The position numbers and the translations under genes were made by a program. This document shows, piece by piece, positions 19,913-28,128 of a stretch of DNA of 34,129 nucleotides. The DNA comes from Planctomycetota bacterium (GTDB taxonomy: Bacteria; Planctomycetota; Planctomycetia; Pirellulales; UBA1268). Location: contig QWPO01000096.1 of assembly GCA_003669255.1 (NCBI GenBank), forward strand, positions 1 to 34,129, written 5' to 3'. The notes beneath the pieces were generated by a model. The model ran no database searches. It was not told where the DNA came from and saw only the letters and a list, made by a program, of their open reading frames with translations. How positions within the stretch are numbered: the first letter of the stretch is position 1; each line of letters begins with the position of its first letter.

Positions 19913-21124
19913 TTACCCCAACTTTTCGTCGCCATCACGGGGCGGCGAAATCGGCCTCGACTCCGTAAGATTTCCCGAAGGAATCGAGGGAAACGCCCCT
20001 GTTTGCCGAGACGCCGCGGGCGGCGCCATGGGCCTCGGACCTGCCGTCAAGGGCTGGAAGGCCGAGCCCGTTCGTGCCGGCAGCGGGGCCGATGTCCGCT
20101 GGCCCGACGTCATCATCGTCGGCGCCATATCCTCCGTGACCACGAGGTACGAAAGGATCTTCATCTCCAAGACGAGAAATCCCACGGCCAGGAGCATCAT
20201 GAGCATCGCCGCCGGAGTGCTGTCGTGAAAGTGCTCGGCGATCGACATCTTGTAGTTGTACATCACGCCCACGGTCGTGATCCGGAAGGCGTTGCAGATC
20301 AGGGCGATCGGGATCGCGCTGGCCGCGATCGCAAGGTTCTCCCACCACTCGAGACCACCAACCAGCATCAGCATGGCCGCTAGCCAGACGAAGATCGTGA
20401 GCATCTTCAGGCCACTGCAGGCGTCAACCACGCCGAGCACCTGTCCATCGCCAAGGATGATCCGATTGCCGTCCCGGTACGCGTCGAGCCCGATCGTCTG
20501 CAGTGTGTAGGTGCTGACGATCGTGGCCACGGTCTGCAGCGGACCGAGCAGGTAGCGGGTTGCCTCGTCGGGCAGTGGGTACATGAAAATCAGGCTGGCC
20601 AGCGGGGCCCATGACCAGCGGAACATGCTCCAGCCACCGGCCAGCAGGAACACGCCCATCAGCGCCGGCACGAACGTGTACATGTCGATCGTCACGATGC
20701 GGTAACTGGCGCAGAACAGCCGCAGCGCGAAACTCGCCACGAGCAGGCCGATGCCCGCAGCGCGTGCCGTCGGCGTGATTGGCCCCACTGGTTTTCGCCA
20801 CCAGAAGAGCAGGAGGCACGTGAACACCGGCACGATCCAGCCGTGCTGGTACTGCGGATTGTCCCAGAAAGAAGGCAACTGAACGAGACTCGGCCAGTAG
20901 CTGTAAAAGAGCAGCGCCGTCAGGACGCCGACCACGACCAACGGCAGCCGCTGATCGGGCAATCGCATGTCGGCCACGAACGCTCGGCCTCGCCGGATGG
21001 CCCCTTGAAGCAGGCCCTCGTCTTCCGTCACCGTGGTGACCGCCGCCTGCTGTGCAGCGACGTCCGGTGACGACTGCGGAAGAGGTGACCGCTTGGCCGG
21101 CAGAATTGGAGAGGGAAAAGACAT
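19913..21124 (-). CDS. Exosortase family protein (EpsH/Xrt-like)
   Basis: The protein is polytopic. Exosortase signatures are VVDACSGLKM (catalytic Cys region) and ALICNAFRITTVG (Asn/Arg). A ~75-aa Pro-rich C-terminal tail follows. Confidence 0.85.
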   Translation of the reverse strand: MSFPSPILPAKRSPLPQSSPDVAAQQAAVTTVTEDEGLLQGAIRRGRAFVADMRLPDQRLPLVVVGVLTALLFYSYWPSLVQLPSFWDNPQYQHGWIVPVFTCLLLFWWRKPVGPITPTARAAGIGLLVASFALRLFCASYRIVTIDMYTFVPALMGVFLLAGGWSMFRWSWAPLASLIFMYPLPDEATRYLLGPLQTVATIVSTYTLQTIGLDAYRDGNRIILGDGQVLGVVDACSGLKMLTIFVWLAAMLMLVGGLEWWENLAIAASAIPIALICNAFRITTVGVMYNYKMSIAEHFHDSTPAAMLMMLLAVGFLVLEMKILSYLVVTEDMAPTMMTSGQRTSAPLPARTGSAFQPLTAGPRPMAPPAASRQTGAFPSIPSGNLTESRPISPPRDGDEKLG

Positions 21125-21211
21125 ACGGTTTCAGCGCGCCCCGGCGGAACCCTTGAACTATACACACCGCTTGGCGCGAAATCATGTAGCCGGAACGGTG
21201 GGGTGCAAAAA

Positions 21212-22219
21212 TTACCCTCGCACCAGATTCTGCCAGCATTCCGCCCAGGCTCGCCCGAGCGGTGTCCAGGCCGCGAAAAAGCCAGCGGACACGGCGGCTG
21301 GGGTGGCTGCGGCCACCGCCCGCGTGACCATTCCCTGGGGCCTCATCAGGGCGATAGGAACTCGTATCGCCATCGTCACGACCATCACGACCACTACAGC
21401 CTGCCATCCGGCTGCCGCCCCAAAGGCCGCGAGGCCACAGCGGTCTCCGGGCAGGGCGGTGATCGCCCCCGCGAGTCTCCCCGCCACCGCACCCAGGCAG
21501 GAGGCGACAAACGCCGCCTGCCAACCGTGCAGGGGCCCAGGCCAACCGCCGTCGATCAAGAAGCCAGGGGGACCGACCGCGGGGACGGCTGTCACGGTCG
21601 CGATCACGGCAGCCACCAGCGGCGCGGCCGCGTGGCACCCATCGGCGGCGTGGCCGCGCGCCGCCGCCCGTTCACCAACACCCGTGGCCATGCAGGCCGT
21701 GAGGCTCCACGCCAGCATCGCCACTGGGATCACGGTGTGTACGGCCCATGCCAATGCGATCTGCCAGTCGCCGGAAAGCAGGCGGTCGATGCCTGGCCGG
21801 GTGGCGGTCAGCAGCGGCGACCCTGTGCCTGCAAGTTCCGCGGTTGCGATGATCGCCGCGATCACACCACATCCGGCTTCGACGGCCGGATAGCCGGCGG
21901 AGATCGACGCGCCACAGTCGCGGCAGCGTCCCCCGAGGAGCAGCCACCCGAGTACTGGAATGTTGTCGTGGGGGCGGATGGCGGCGCTGCACGCCGGGCA
22001 CCGCGACCCATGCGTCACGACCGATTCTTTCCGCGGCACACGGTGAATCACCACATTGACGAAACTGCCGAGAATTGACCCCCACGCGAATGCCATCGCG
22101 ATCAGGACCAGTTCCGCTCCTGGAAAGCCGGACGACCAGTGGACCATCGGGGCTGCCGAACACGCGTGGGGCTGAATGACGATTTCGTGTAGGGTACCCG
22201 TCCCGGCGGCCGGAATCAT
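21212..22219 (-). CDS. Prepilin peptidase (A24)-like membrane protein, divergent
   Basis: The N-terminal DiS-P-DiS-type motif is FVNVVIHRVPRKESVVTHGSRCPACSAAIRPHDNIPVLGWLLLGGRCRDCGASI. Later LPGDRCGLAAFGAAAGW aligns by eye with the canonical GxGDxKLLAxLGAxxGW. The start is ambiguous (22219 or 22147). Confidence 0.7.
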   Translation of the reverse strand: MIPAAGTGTLHEIVIQPHACSAAPMVHWSSGFPGAELVLIAMAFAWGSILGSFVNVVIHRVPRKESVVTHGSRCPACSAAIRPHDNIPVLGWLLLGGRCRDCGASISAGYPAVEAGCGVIAAIIATAELAGTGSPLLTATRPGIDRLLSGDWQIALAWAVHTVIPVAMLAWSLTACMATGVGERAAARGHAADGCHAAAPLVAAVIATVTAVPAVGPPGFLIDGGWPGPLHGWQAAFVASCLGAVAGRLAGAITALPGDRCGLAAFGAAAGWQAVVVVMVVTMAIRVPIALMRPQGMVTRAVAAATPAAVSAGFFAAWTPLGRAWAECWQNLVRG

Positions 22220-22257
22220 CTTCCCGCCGCGTTCATGTGCCACGCCCGCGGTCACGC

Positions 22258-23250
22258 ATGCACGACACACCCGATACCACGCCGCCGTCGAATCGCCGTC
22301 GTCCGATGCCGCCCTGGCTCAACCTCGTGTTGCGGCTGGTCTTCACGGTGGCTCTGCTTGCTTACGCGCTACGGGGAGTCGAATGGCCGAGCTTCAAGGC
22401 GCTGCTCCTGCAGGCCGATTGGCGGTGGTGGGCTGCCGGCATGGTGACGGCGGTGCTCGTCCAGGCGGTGGCCGGGGTTCGCTGGGCCGCCCTCGCGAAG
22501 CCGTTGGGCTTCGACTTCCCGCGGCGGTTCTTTGTCTGGCGGTTTTTTGAAGGCATGTTCTTCAACCTCTGCCTGCCAGGGTCTATCAGCGGAGACGTGA
22601 TCAAGGCGTATCGCGTCGGCGACACCACGTCTCGGCGGTTACTGGCGGGGTGTTCCGTGCTCGCCGACCGTCTCACCGGCCTCTCGGCGCTTGCGGTGCT
22701 CGGTGGCGCGGCCCTCGCGGCGCGGAAGTACGACCTCTCGCTGCCCGTCACCCTCGTGGTGGCGGCCGCCCTGCTCGCCGTCGTCCTGGTGGTGTTTCTT
22801 GTCGCCGTTTCCTTCCTCGACCGGATCGTGGCGCTCGTTCCGGAAGGGAGCCCGGGCCGTGGCGTCCTCTCCCAACTCCTGCCGTATCAGCAGCGGCCAA
22901 GCGTGATCGCCAAGGCGGTTGCCTGGTCGTTTGTCGTGCAGGCGGGAGGGGCCGTGGGCGTGGCCCTTTCGGCGCGGGCTCTGGGCGTGGATCAGCCGCT
23001 CTCGGTGTGGTTCTCGGTGGTGCCGCTCGTAGCCCTGTTGATGGTGCTGCCGGTCAATATCGGCGGCTTCGGCGTCCGTGAGGAGTCGATGAAGTTCCTG
23101 CTATCGCAGGAGGGGGTGCCGAGCGACCGCGCCGTCGGCGTGGCCCTCTTGTGGGGCCTCAGCACGATCATCATCGGGCTGGTCGGTGGCGTGCTCTTCC
23201 TGCTTGATCGTGAACCGACGACAACGGCGGCGAAGCTGCCCGAGGATTGA
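22258..23250 (+). CDS. Lysylphosphatidylglycerol-synthase-TM-region-like (flippase-like, UPF0104) membrane protein
   Basis: It has about 8 TM segments. PGSISGDVIKAYRV is the characteristic motif. The start is ATG 22258, with alternatives GTG 22237 and ATG 22306. Confidence 0.7.
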   Translation: MHDTPDTTPPSNRRRPMPPWLNLVLRLVFTVALLAYALRGVEWPSFKALLLQADWRWWAAGMVTAVLVQAVAGVRWAALAKPLGFDFPRRFFVWRFFEGMFFNLCLPGSISGDVIKAYRVGDTTSRRLLAGCSVLADRLTGLSALAVLGGAALAARKYDLSLPVTLVVAAALLAVVLVVFLVAVSFLDRIVALVPEGSPGRGVLSQLLPYQQRPSVIAKAVAWSFVVQAGGAVGVALSARALGVDQPLSVWFSVVPLVALLMVLPVNIGGFGVREESMKFLLSQEGVPSDRAVGVALLWGLSTIIIGLVGGVLFLLDREPTTTAAKLPED

Positions 23251-23257
23251 GCCGGCG

Positions 23258-23794
23258 TCATCGGCGGCCGGTGCGGCGGGCATCAACCAGCAGGATGCCG
23301 GTGATCGTCTTGGCGTCTTCGATGCGGCCGTCGAGGCACATCGCCACCGCCTCGTTCCAGGGGACGACCCGCGTGGTTATCTGTTCGCCCGGCTCGAGGG
23401 CCTGCGGGCCTGCCTCGAGGTCGCTCGCCACGAACAGATGCATCCGCTCGCGGAGGATGCCCGGCGACATCCAGAAGGAGCCGGCATCCTCGATCCGGCC
23501 GGCCCGATAGCCGGTCTCCTCGAGGAGTTCGCGGCGCGCCGCGTCGACGAGCGACTCCTCGCGGTCGAGCGTACCGGCGGGGAGTTCGAGGAGCGTCGCG
23601 CCGATCGCCGTGCGGACGACGTCGATCAGGCACACGTGGTCGGCCGCGAGGAGTGGCACCACCACGACGCTTCCCGGATGGAGCACGACCTCTCGGACCC
23701 TGGCCGTGCCGCCGGCAAGCGGCTGTCGCCGGCGGACCACCGTGAAGCGGCTCGCTTCGAGAAGGGTTTCGTCGCCGTCGACCCAGCCATCCAT
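23258..23794 (-). CDS. NUDIX hydrolase (ADP-ribose pyrophosphatase-like)
   Basis: The ATG at 23794 lies 2 nt after the upstream stop, with GGAGG upstream. The Nudix box is GTLDREESLVDAARRELLEETG. Confidence 0.88.
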   Translation of the reverse strand: MDGWVDGDETLLEASRFTVVRRRQPLAGGTARVREVVLHPGSVVVVPLLAADHVCLIDVVRTAIGATLLELPAGTLDREESLVDAARRELLEETGYRAGRIEDAGSFWMSPGILRERMHLFVASDLEAGPQALEPGEQITTRVVPWNEAVAMCLDGRIEDAKTITGILLVDARRTGRR

Positions 23795-23796
23795 CG

Positions 23797-24774
23797 TCAG
23801 GCCTCCGTGGACTTCTCCCGATTCACGATCCGCGCCGCGCGGTCGGCGACAGTCAGCGTGGCTCCTGGCTCGAAGCCGCGGCGGTGGACGATCGCCAGGC
23901 CGCACACCCCCAGCCGCGGCGACGCGCACGACGACGTGAGCGTGCCTACGTCTTCTCCGCCGCACGACACGACGGCGCCCGGACGCGGCACGTCGTCACC
24001 CTCGACGGCGACGAGCACGAGCGTGCGGTTCACGTGTCCGAGCGCGTCGATCCTGGCCACGGTCTCCTGGCCGAGGTAGCAGCCCTTCGTGAACGAGATC
24101 GCGCGGGCGGTGCGATCCAGTTCCTGCGGGAGCGTCTTCTCGGGGATGTCTTGAGCTAGGGGAAACCGTTGCTCGATCCGCAGCGCGTCGAGGGCGGCCG
24201 CATCGCCACGAGGAAGCCCTTCGGCCGCGAGCCATTCGTGGAGTGCCGAGAGATCGTCCGCCGGCACGCGGACGAGAAAGCCCTCCGCTCCGAACCAGTC
24301 GACGGCGACGATGATTGCGTCGGTCCTGCCACAGCGGAGCGAGCGGTGGCGAAGCGGCGTCGTGGGCACGTCGCTCGTGAGGCGATCCGCCAGCCATTGT
24401 GCCGCCCCGGGCCCGACGATGGCCACGCACCGCTCGTCGTGTGATGCATCGACGAGGACGACGTCCTCGCGGATGTGATAGTGCTCGAGATGGTCGCGAA
24501 GCGTGGCGGCGACGGCGGCGTCGCAGTCGATCAGCAGGCCGTCCTCCGTGCGGAGGATCGCAGCCAGGGCGATCACCCACCCCCGCACGTCGGTGAACAT
24601 CCCTTCTGTTCCGTCGCCCGGTGCCAGCGTTCCCACCGCCGCCGTCGTGAACTTGTCGACAAACGTGGCGGCGGCCCCCCCGGTAGCCCGGACGGTGCCG
24701 CGCGAGACGAGGTCGGCCCATGATGCGGCCGTGAAAAGGGGTGGGCGACCGTGGGGGTCGAAGGCGGGCTGCAT
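23797..24774 (-). CDS. ygfZ: Folate-binding YgfZ / GcvT-family protein
   Basis: KGCYLGQETVARIDALGHVNR is the YgfZ-type KGCYxGQE signature. The N-terminal region is GcvT-like. Confidence 0.8.
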   Translation of the reverse strand: MQPAFDPHGRPPLFTAASWADLVSRGTVRATGGAAATFVDKFTTAAVGTLAPGDGTEGMFTDVRGWVIALAAILRTEDGLLIDCDAAVAATLRDHLEHYHIREDVVLVDASHDERCVAIVGPGAAQWLADRLTSDVPTTPLRHRSLRCGRTDAIIVAVDWFGAEGFLVRVPADDLSALHEWLAAEGLPRGDAAALDALRIEQRFPLAQDIPEKTLPQELDRTARAISFTKGCYLGQETVARIDALGHVNRTLVLVAVEGDDVPRPGAVVSCGGEDVGTLTSSCASPRLGVCGLAIVHRRGFEPGATLTVADRAARIVNREKSTEA

Positions 24775-24950
24775 GCCCCCACCCTACCACGTCAGCCCGT
24801 TCCGCCCCGGGGAACCCAGCAGCCGCCGGATTTTTTCGGGCCTGCGCGAACGACCCCGCGGCGACCTGCGTAGTTCATTTCACCGCGGCGACATGGATGC
24901 CATGAGGGTCGCGGCCCCGCCACTTGGTCAGAAGGTCAGGAGAACGAATC

Positions 24951-25577
24951 ATGGCCACCGTGCATTACGACCGGGAATGCCGCGACGATTATGACGATTC
25001 CAATTCCCGCTATGGCGACGACCCACTCGCGGTGGCCGACACCGAACACTCCGACGCGGCCCGTGCCGAGTTTGAGTATTCCAATGCTCTGCCCCGGCCT
25101 TCGTCTCGTGAGGCCAAGCAACTTCATCGGATCGCGGAGGTGCGGCAGCGTCAGGGCGTGACCCTCCGCAACGTGGCCCGTCGGCTCGGGATGGCTCTGC
25201 CTCAGGCGCGGCGACAGGAGCAGCCCGATAGCGATCTGCGGATCACCGATCTGCACCGCTGGCAAGAAGTGCTCGAGGTGCCCGTCGCCGAGTTGCTCGT
25301 TGAGGGCGACGGACAGCTATCAGGACCGGTGCTCGAGCGGTCGAGAATGGTGAAGCTCATGAAGACCGCCGCCGCGATCCGCGAGCGCACGGAAGGTCAG
25401 CCCGTCGGCCGGATGGTGACAATGCTGATCGAGCAGATCCTCGAAATCATGCCGGAACTCTCAGACGTCACCCCGTGGCATACCGTGGGCCAGCGGCGGA
25501 CGCTCGACGACATCGGCCGGGCCGGTCGGATGCTTGTGCCCGAGGAGGTCTTCCGGCGGCCCGCGCCGGGGGGCTGA
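24951..25577 (+). CDS. XRE-type helix-turn-helix domain protein
   Basis: AGGAGA lies 7 nt before the ATG at 24951. The HTH segment is GVTLRNVARRLGMALPQARRQEQ...ITDLHRWQEVLEVPVAELL. The protein has an acidic N-terminus and a helical C-terminus. Confidence 0.65.
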   Translation: MATVHYDRECRDDYDDSNSRYGDDPLAVADTEHSDAARAEFEYSNALPRPSSREAKQLHRIAEVRQRQGVTLRNVARRLGMALPQARRQEQPDSDLRITDLHRWQEVLEVPVAELLVEGDGQLSGPVLERSRMVKLMKTAAAIRERTEGQPVGRMVTMLIEQILEIMPELSDVTPWHTVGQRRTLDDIGRAGRMLVPEEVFRRPAPGG

Positions 25578-25681
25578 GGGGGGCGTCGCGAACTGTCTTG
25601 TGGGGCCGCGGACTCCCGTCTACCATCCCGCCATCGCGGCGTGGGGTTGTCCTATGCCGTACCGAGGTCGGAGTTTGGGAG

Positions 25682-26146
25682 TCAGCCGTGTCGTCGTTCG
25701 TCGGTGTTCTGGGTATCGCACTCGTTTTGTTTCTGGTCGTGGCAGTGACCGGCCGCGCCATCCTCGGCCGCTGACGCGGCCCGCGCCATGCCCAGCGCAA
25801 GCGCCGCCAGAAATCCGCCGAGCACCCCGATCAGGGTGACCCAGGCCGCAATGGCGAGGCCGAGGTAGTCGCGGAGCCAGACCAGTTCGGGTGGTTCGGC
25901 GCTCTTCGGCACCTTTCGTTGCACCGGACCGTCCCGATCCGATTGCTGTCGCATGTCGGCGCGGAAGGCATCCCATTCCGCCTGGGCTTCGGGGCTGGCG
26001 ACCTCCGCCAGCCGGCGTTCGCGCCAGGCAACGAGCGTGAGCGGAGGCGCGGCCACCGCGGCGAGCCAGCAGGCGATCACCAGCGCCGCGAACGTCCTCG
26101 TCCACGCTGCGTTTCGTCGTCGTCGAGGAGTGTTGCCTGCCGCCAT
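25682..26146 (-). CDS. Hypothetical two-TM membrane protein
   Basis: The start is ATG at 26146 (MAAGNTPRRRRN). The TM segments are FAALVIACWLAAVAAPPLTLVAW and LGLAIAAWVTLIGVLGGFLAALALG. The last ~30 codons are polar and antisense to a candidate micro-ORF, so the 3' end is uncertain. Confidence 0.5.
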   Translation of the reverse strand: MAAGNTPRRRRNAAWTRTFAALVIACWLAAVAAPPLTLVAWRERRLAEVASPEAQAEWDAFRADMRQQSDRDGPVQRKVPKSAEPPELVWLRDYLGLAIAAWVTLIGVLGGFLAALALGMARAASAAEDGAAGHCHDQKQNECDTQNTDERRHG

Positions 26147-26322
26147 GCCGAGTCCCTGCCAGGTGTCGCCAGAGTCCGCCGTCGCCACACAGTGCCCTGT
26201 TTTCCCAGGGTGTTCCAGTCTGGCATCACCCGGGCCGGCCTGCTACCGTCCCGGCCCGATTGAGGTTCGCCACCGGCGGCGGACCGGCCCCGCCACGACG
26301 GTGATGACGAGGAGTTCCAGCA

Positions 26323-27498
26323 GTGCGCCGTTGCCTCTTCGACCCTGTGATCCGGAGCGTGTTCATCGCGGCCGCGGTGCTGGCCTTATCTGCGCCACGG
26401 CCGACGTTCGCCCAAAGCGGCTGGCTGCCGACCACCTGGTTCACCGGTGGCGATGTCGACCCGAAGGCGATGTTTCCGTTGGCTGAGAAGGACGGCCCCT
26501 GGCTCGTGCTGGCCATGACCTTTCGCGGCGAGGGAGCCCGGGAGGACGCGAGGAAGCTCGTTCAGGAGCTTCGCGGCAGCCATCGGCTCACGGCGTTTAC
26601 CCACGAGAAGGCGTTCGACTACACGGGCGAGCAGCGAGGCATGGGGCTCAACCCCGACGGCACACCGAAGCGCATGCGTTATGCCAACGAGGGGCATGTG
26701 GTGGAGGTGGCCGTGCTGGTCGGCGACTTCGCGTCGGCGGAGGATCCGCGGGCACAGAAGATGCTGCAGAAGGTCAAGCAGCTCCGGCCGCAGTCGCTCG
26801 AAGGCACGAAGGCGAATCGGCTTGAAAACGACTTCATCCAGGCCAATCGCGATCATGTGGGTGGTGCCGGAGCAGCGAAGCCGCCGCTCCACACCGCACT
26901 TCTCATTCCCAATCCGCTCCTTCCGGCCGACTACTTCTCGCGTCAGCAGATCGACGAGTTCGTGATGGAGATGAATGCGGACGTGACTCACAGCCTCCTC
27001 GACTGCCCGGGACGCTACACCGTTCGCGTCGCCACCTTCACAGGTGCCGGCACGTTCAATACCGGCTCCGGCCAGACCGAGCCTGAGCCCGAGGACGACA
27101 GCCTCGTGGACGTCAACCGGTTCGTCGATTTTCTCAAGGGCAACGGCTGGAAGGATCCCCAACTCCGGGGCGTCGAGGAGGAGAGTCGACTCGTGGACGC
27201 TGCCGACAAGGCTCATCGCCTCACCGAGGCGCTCCGTCGCAACGGCTGGCCGGCGTGGGAGTTTCACGACCGCGATTCGAGCATCGTCTGCGTGGGGAAC
27301 ATCGATCAGCTCAGCGTTCCTGGGCCGGGGGGCCGGAAGGCGCCCCATCCCGAGGTGGCGAGGATCGTGGCGTCGCTCGGTCCTGACCCCGCCGCACTCG
27401 CCCGGGGGCAGATCATGCCCAGGGCGTTTGACGGCATCATGCTCGACGTCCAGCCGCGGCCGATCGACGTGCCCCGACAGCCGGCCGGTCGGCGGTGA
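26323..27498 (+). CDS. Secreted hypothetical protein, possibly with two SPOR-like (beta-alpha-beta-beta) units
   Basis: The GTG start has GGAG upstream. The signal peptide is VFIAAAVLALSAPRPTFAQ. The segments WLVLAMTFRGEGAREDARKLVQELR...VAVLVGDF and YTVRVATFTG...AHRLTEALRRNGWPAWEF...IVCVGN resemble the SPOR pattern by eye. Confidence 0.6.
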   Translation: MRRCLFDPVIRSVFIAAAVLALSAPRPTFAQSGWLPTTWFTGGDVDPKAMFPLAEKDGPWLVLAMTFRGEGAREDARKLVQELRGSHRLTAFTHEKAFDYTGEQRGMGLNPDGTPKRMRYANEGHVVEVAVLVGDFASAEDPRAQKMLQKVKQLRPQSLEGTKANRLENDFIQANRDHVGGAGAAKPPLHTALLIPNPLLPADYFSRQQIDEFVMEMNADVTHSLLDCPGRYTVRVATFTGAGTFNTGSGQTEPEPEDDSLVDVNRFVDFLKGNGWKDPQLRGVEEESRLVDAADKAHRLTEALRRNGWPAWEFHDRDSSIVCVGNIDQLSVPGPGGRKAPHPEVARIVASLGPDPAALARGQIMPRAFDGIMLDVQPRPIDVPRQPAGRR

Positions 27499-27502
27499 AC
27501 CC

Positions 27503-28123
27503 ATGCTCGTGCTCGGCACCACCAATCACGGCAAACTCCGCGAACTCCTGGAGTTGCTCGAGCCTCATGGCATTGGCTGCACGTGCCTTGCCGGCTTCGC
27601 AGCCGCGGTCGATGTCGACGAGACCGGGGCGACGTTTGCGGAAAATGCCGAACTGAAGGCGATCTCCCAGGCGGTGGCCCTCGGTCGCTGGGTGCTGGCT
27701 GAGGACAGCGGCCTCGTGGTGCCCGCGCTGGGCGGGGCCCCCGGCGTGCTCTCGGCTCGGTTCTCAGGACCGGCAGAAGCCGCTGATCGTGAAACCGTCG
27801 ACCGGCGGAATAGCGCGCTGTTACTGGAGCGGCTCGCGGGTCACAGTGGTCGCGAGCGGTCGGCCCACTACGCCTGTCATGCGGCGCTCGCCGATCCCGG
27901 TGGACGCGTCGTTGCGGTCGCTGTGGGAACATGCCACGGACGGATTGCGGAGTCCCCGGCGGGCTCCGGAGGCTTCGGCTACGACCCGCTGTTCATCGTG
28001 TCGGAGTATCACCGCACGTTTGGCGAACTGCCTCCGGCGGTCAAGAGCGTGATCAGCCACCGGGCACGTGCGATGCGGGCGATGCTTCCGCTGATCGTAC
28101 AGGCGCTTGGCGGCGGTGACTGA
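27503..28123 (+). CDS. rdgB: Non-canonical purine NTP pyrophosphatase (dITP/XTP pyrophosphatase, RdgB/HAM1 family)
   Basis: The ATG at 27503 lies 4 nt after the upstream stop. Motifs are LVLGTTNHGKLRE, ETGATFAENAELKA, LAEDSGLVVPALGGAPGVLSARF, GSGGFGYDPLF and KSVISHRARA. Confidence 0.92.
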   Translation: MLVLGTTNHGKLRELLELLEPHGIGCTCLAGFAAAVDVDETGATFAENAELKAISQAVALGRWVLAEDSGLVVPALGGAPGVLSARFSGPAEAADRETVDRRNSALLLERLAGHSGRERSAHYACHAALADPGGRVVAVAVGTCHGRIAESPAGSGGFGYDPLFIVSEYHRTFGELPPAVKSVISHRARAMRAMLPLIVQALGGGD

Positions 28124-28128
28124 GGGCC

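Noticed and set aside
24831-24836. A T6 run in the ygfZ/HTH intergenic region that looked like a terminator tail.
   Set aside because: Both flanking genes diverge from this region, so a terminator is not expected. No convincing upstream stem exists. It is more likely an AT-rich promoter-proximal element.
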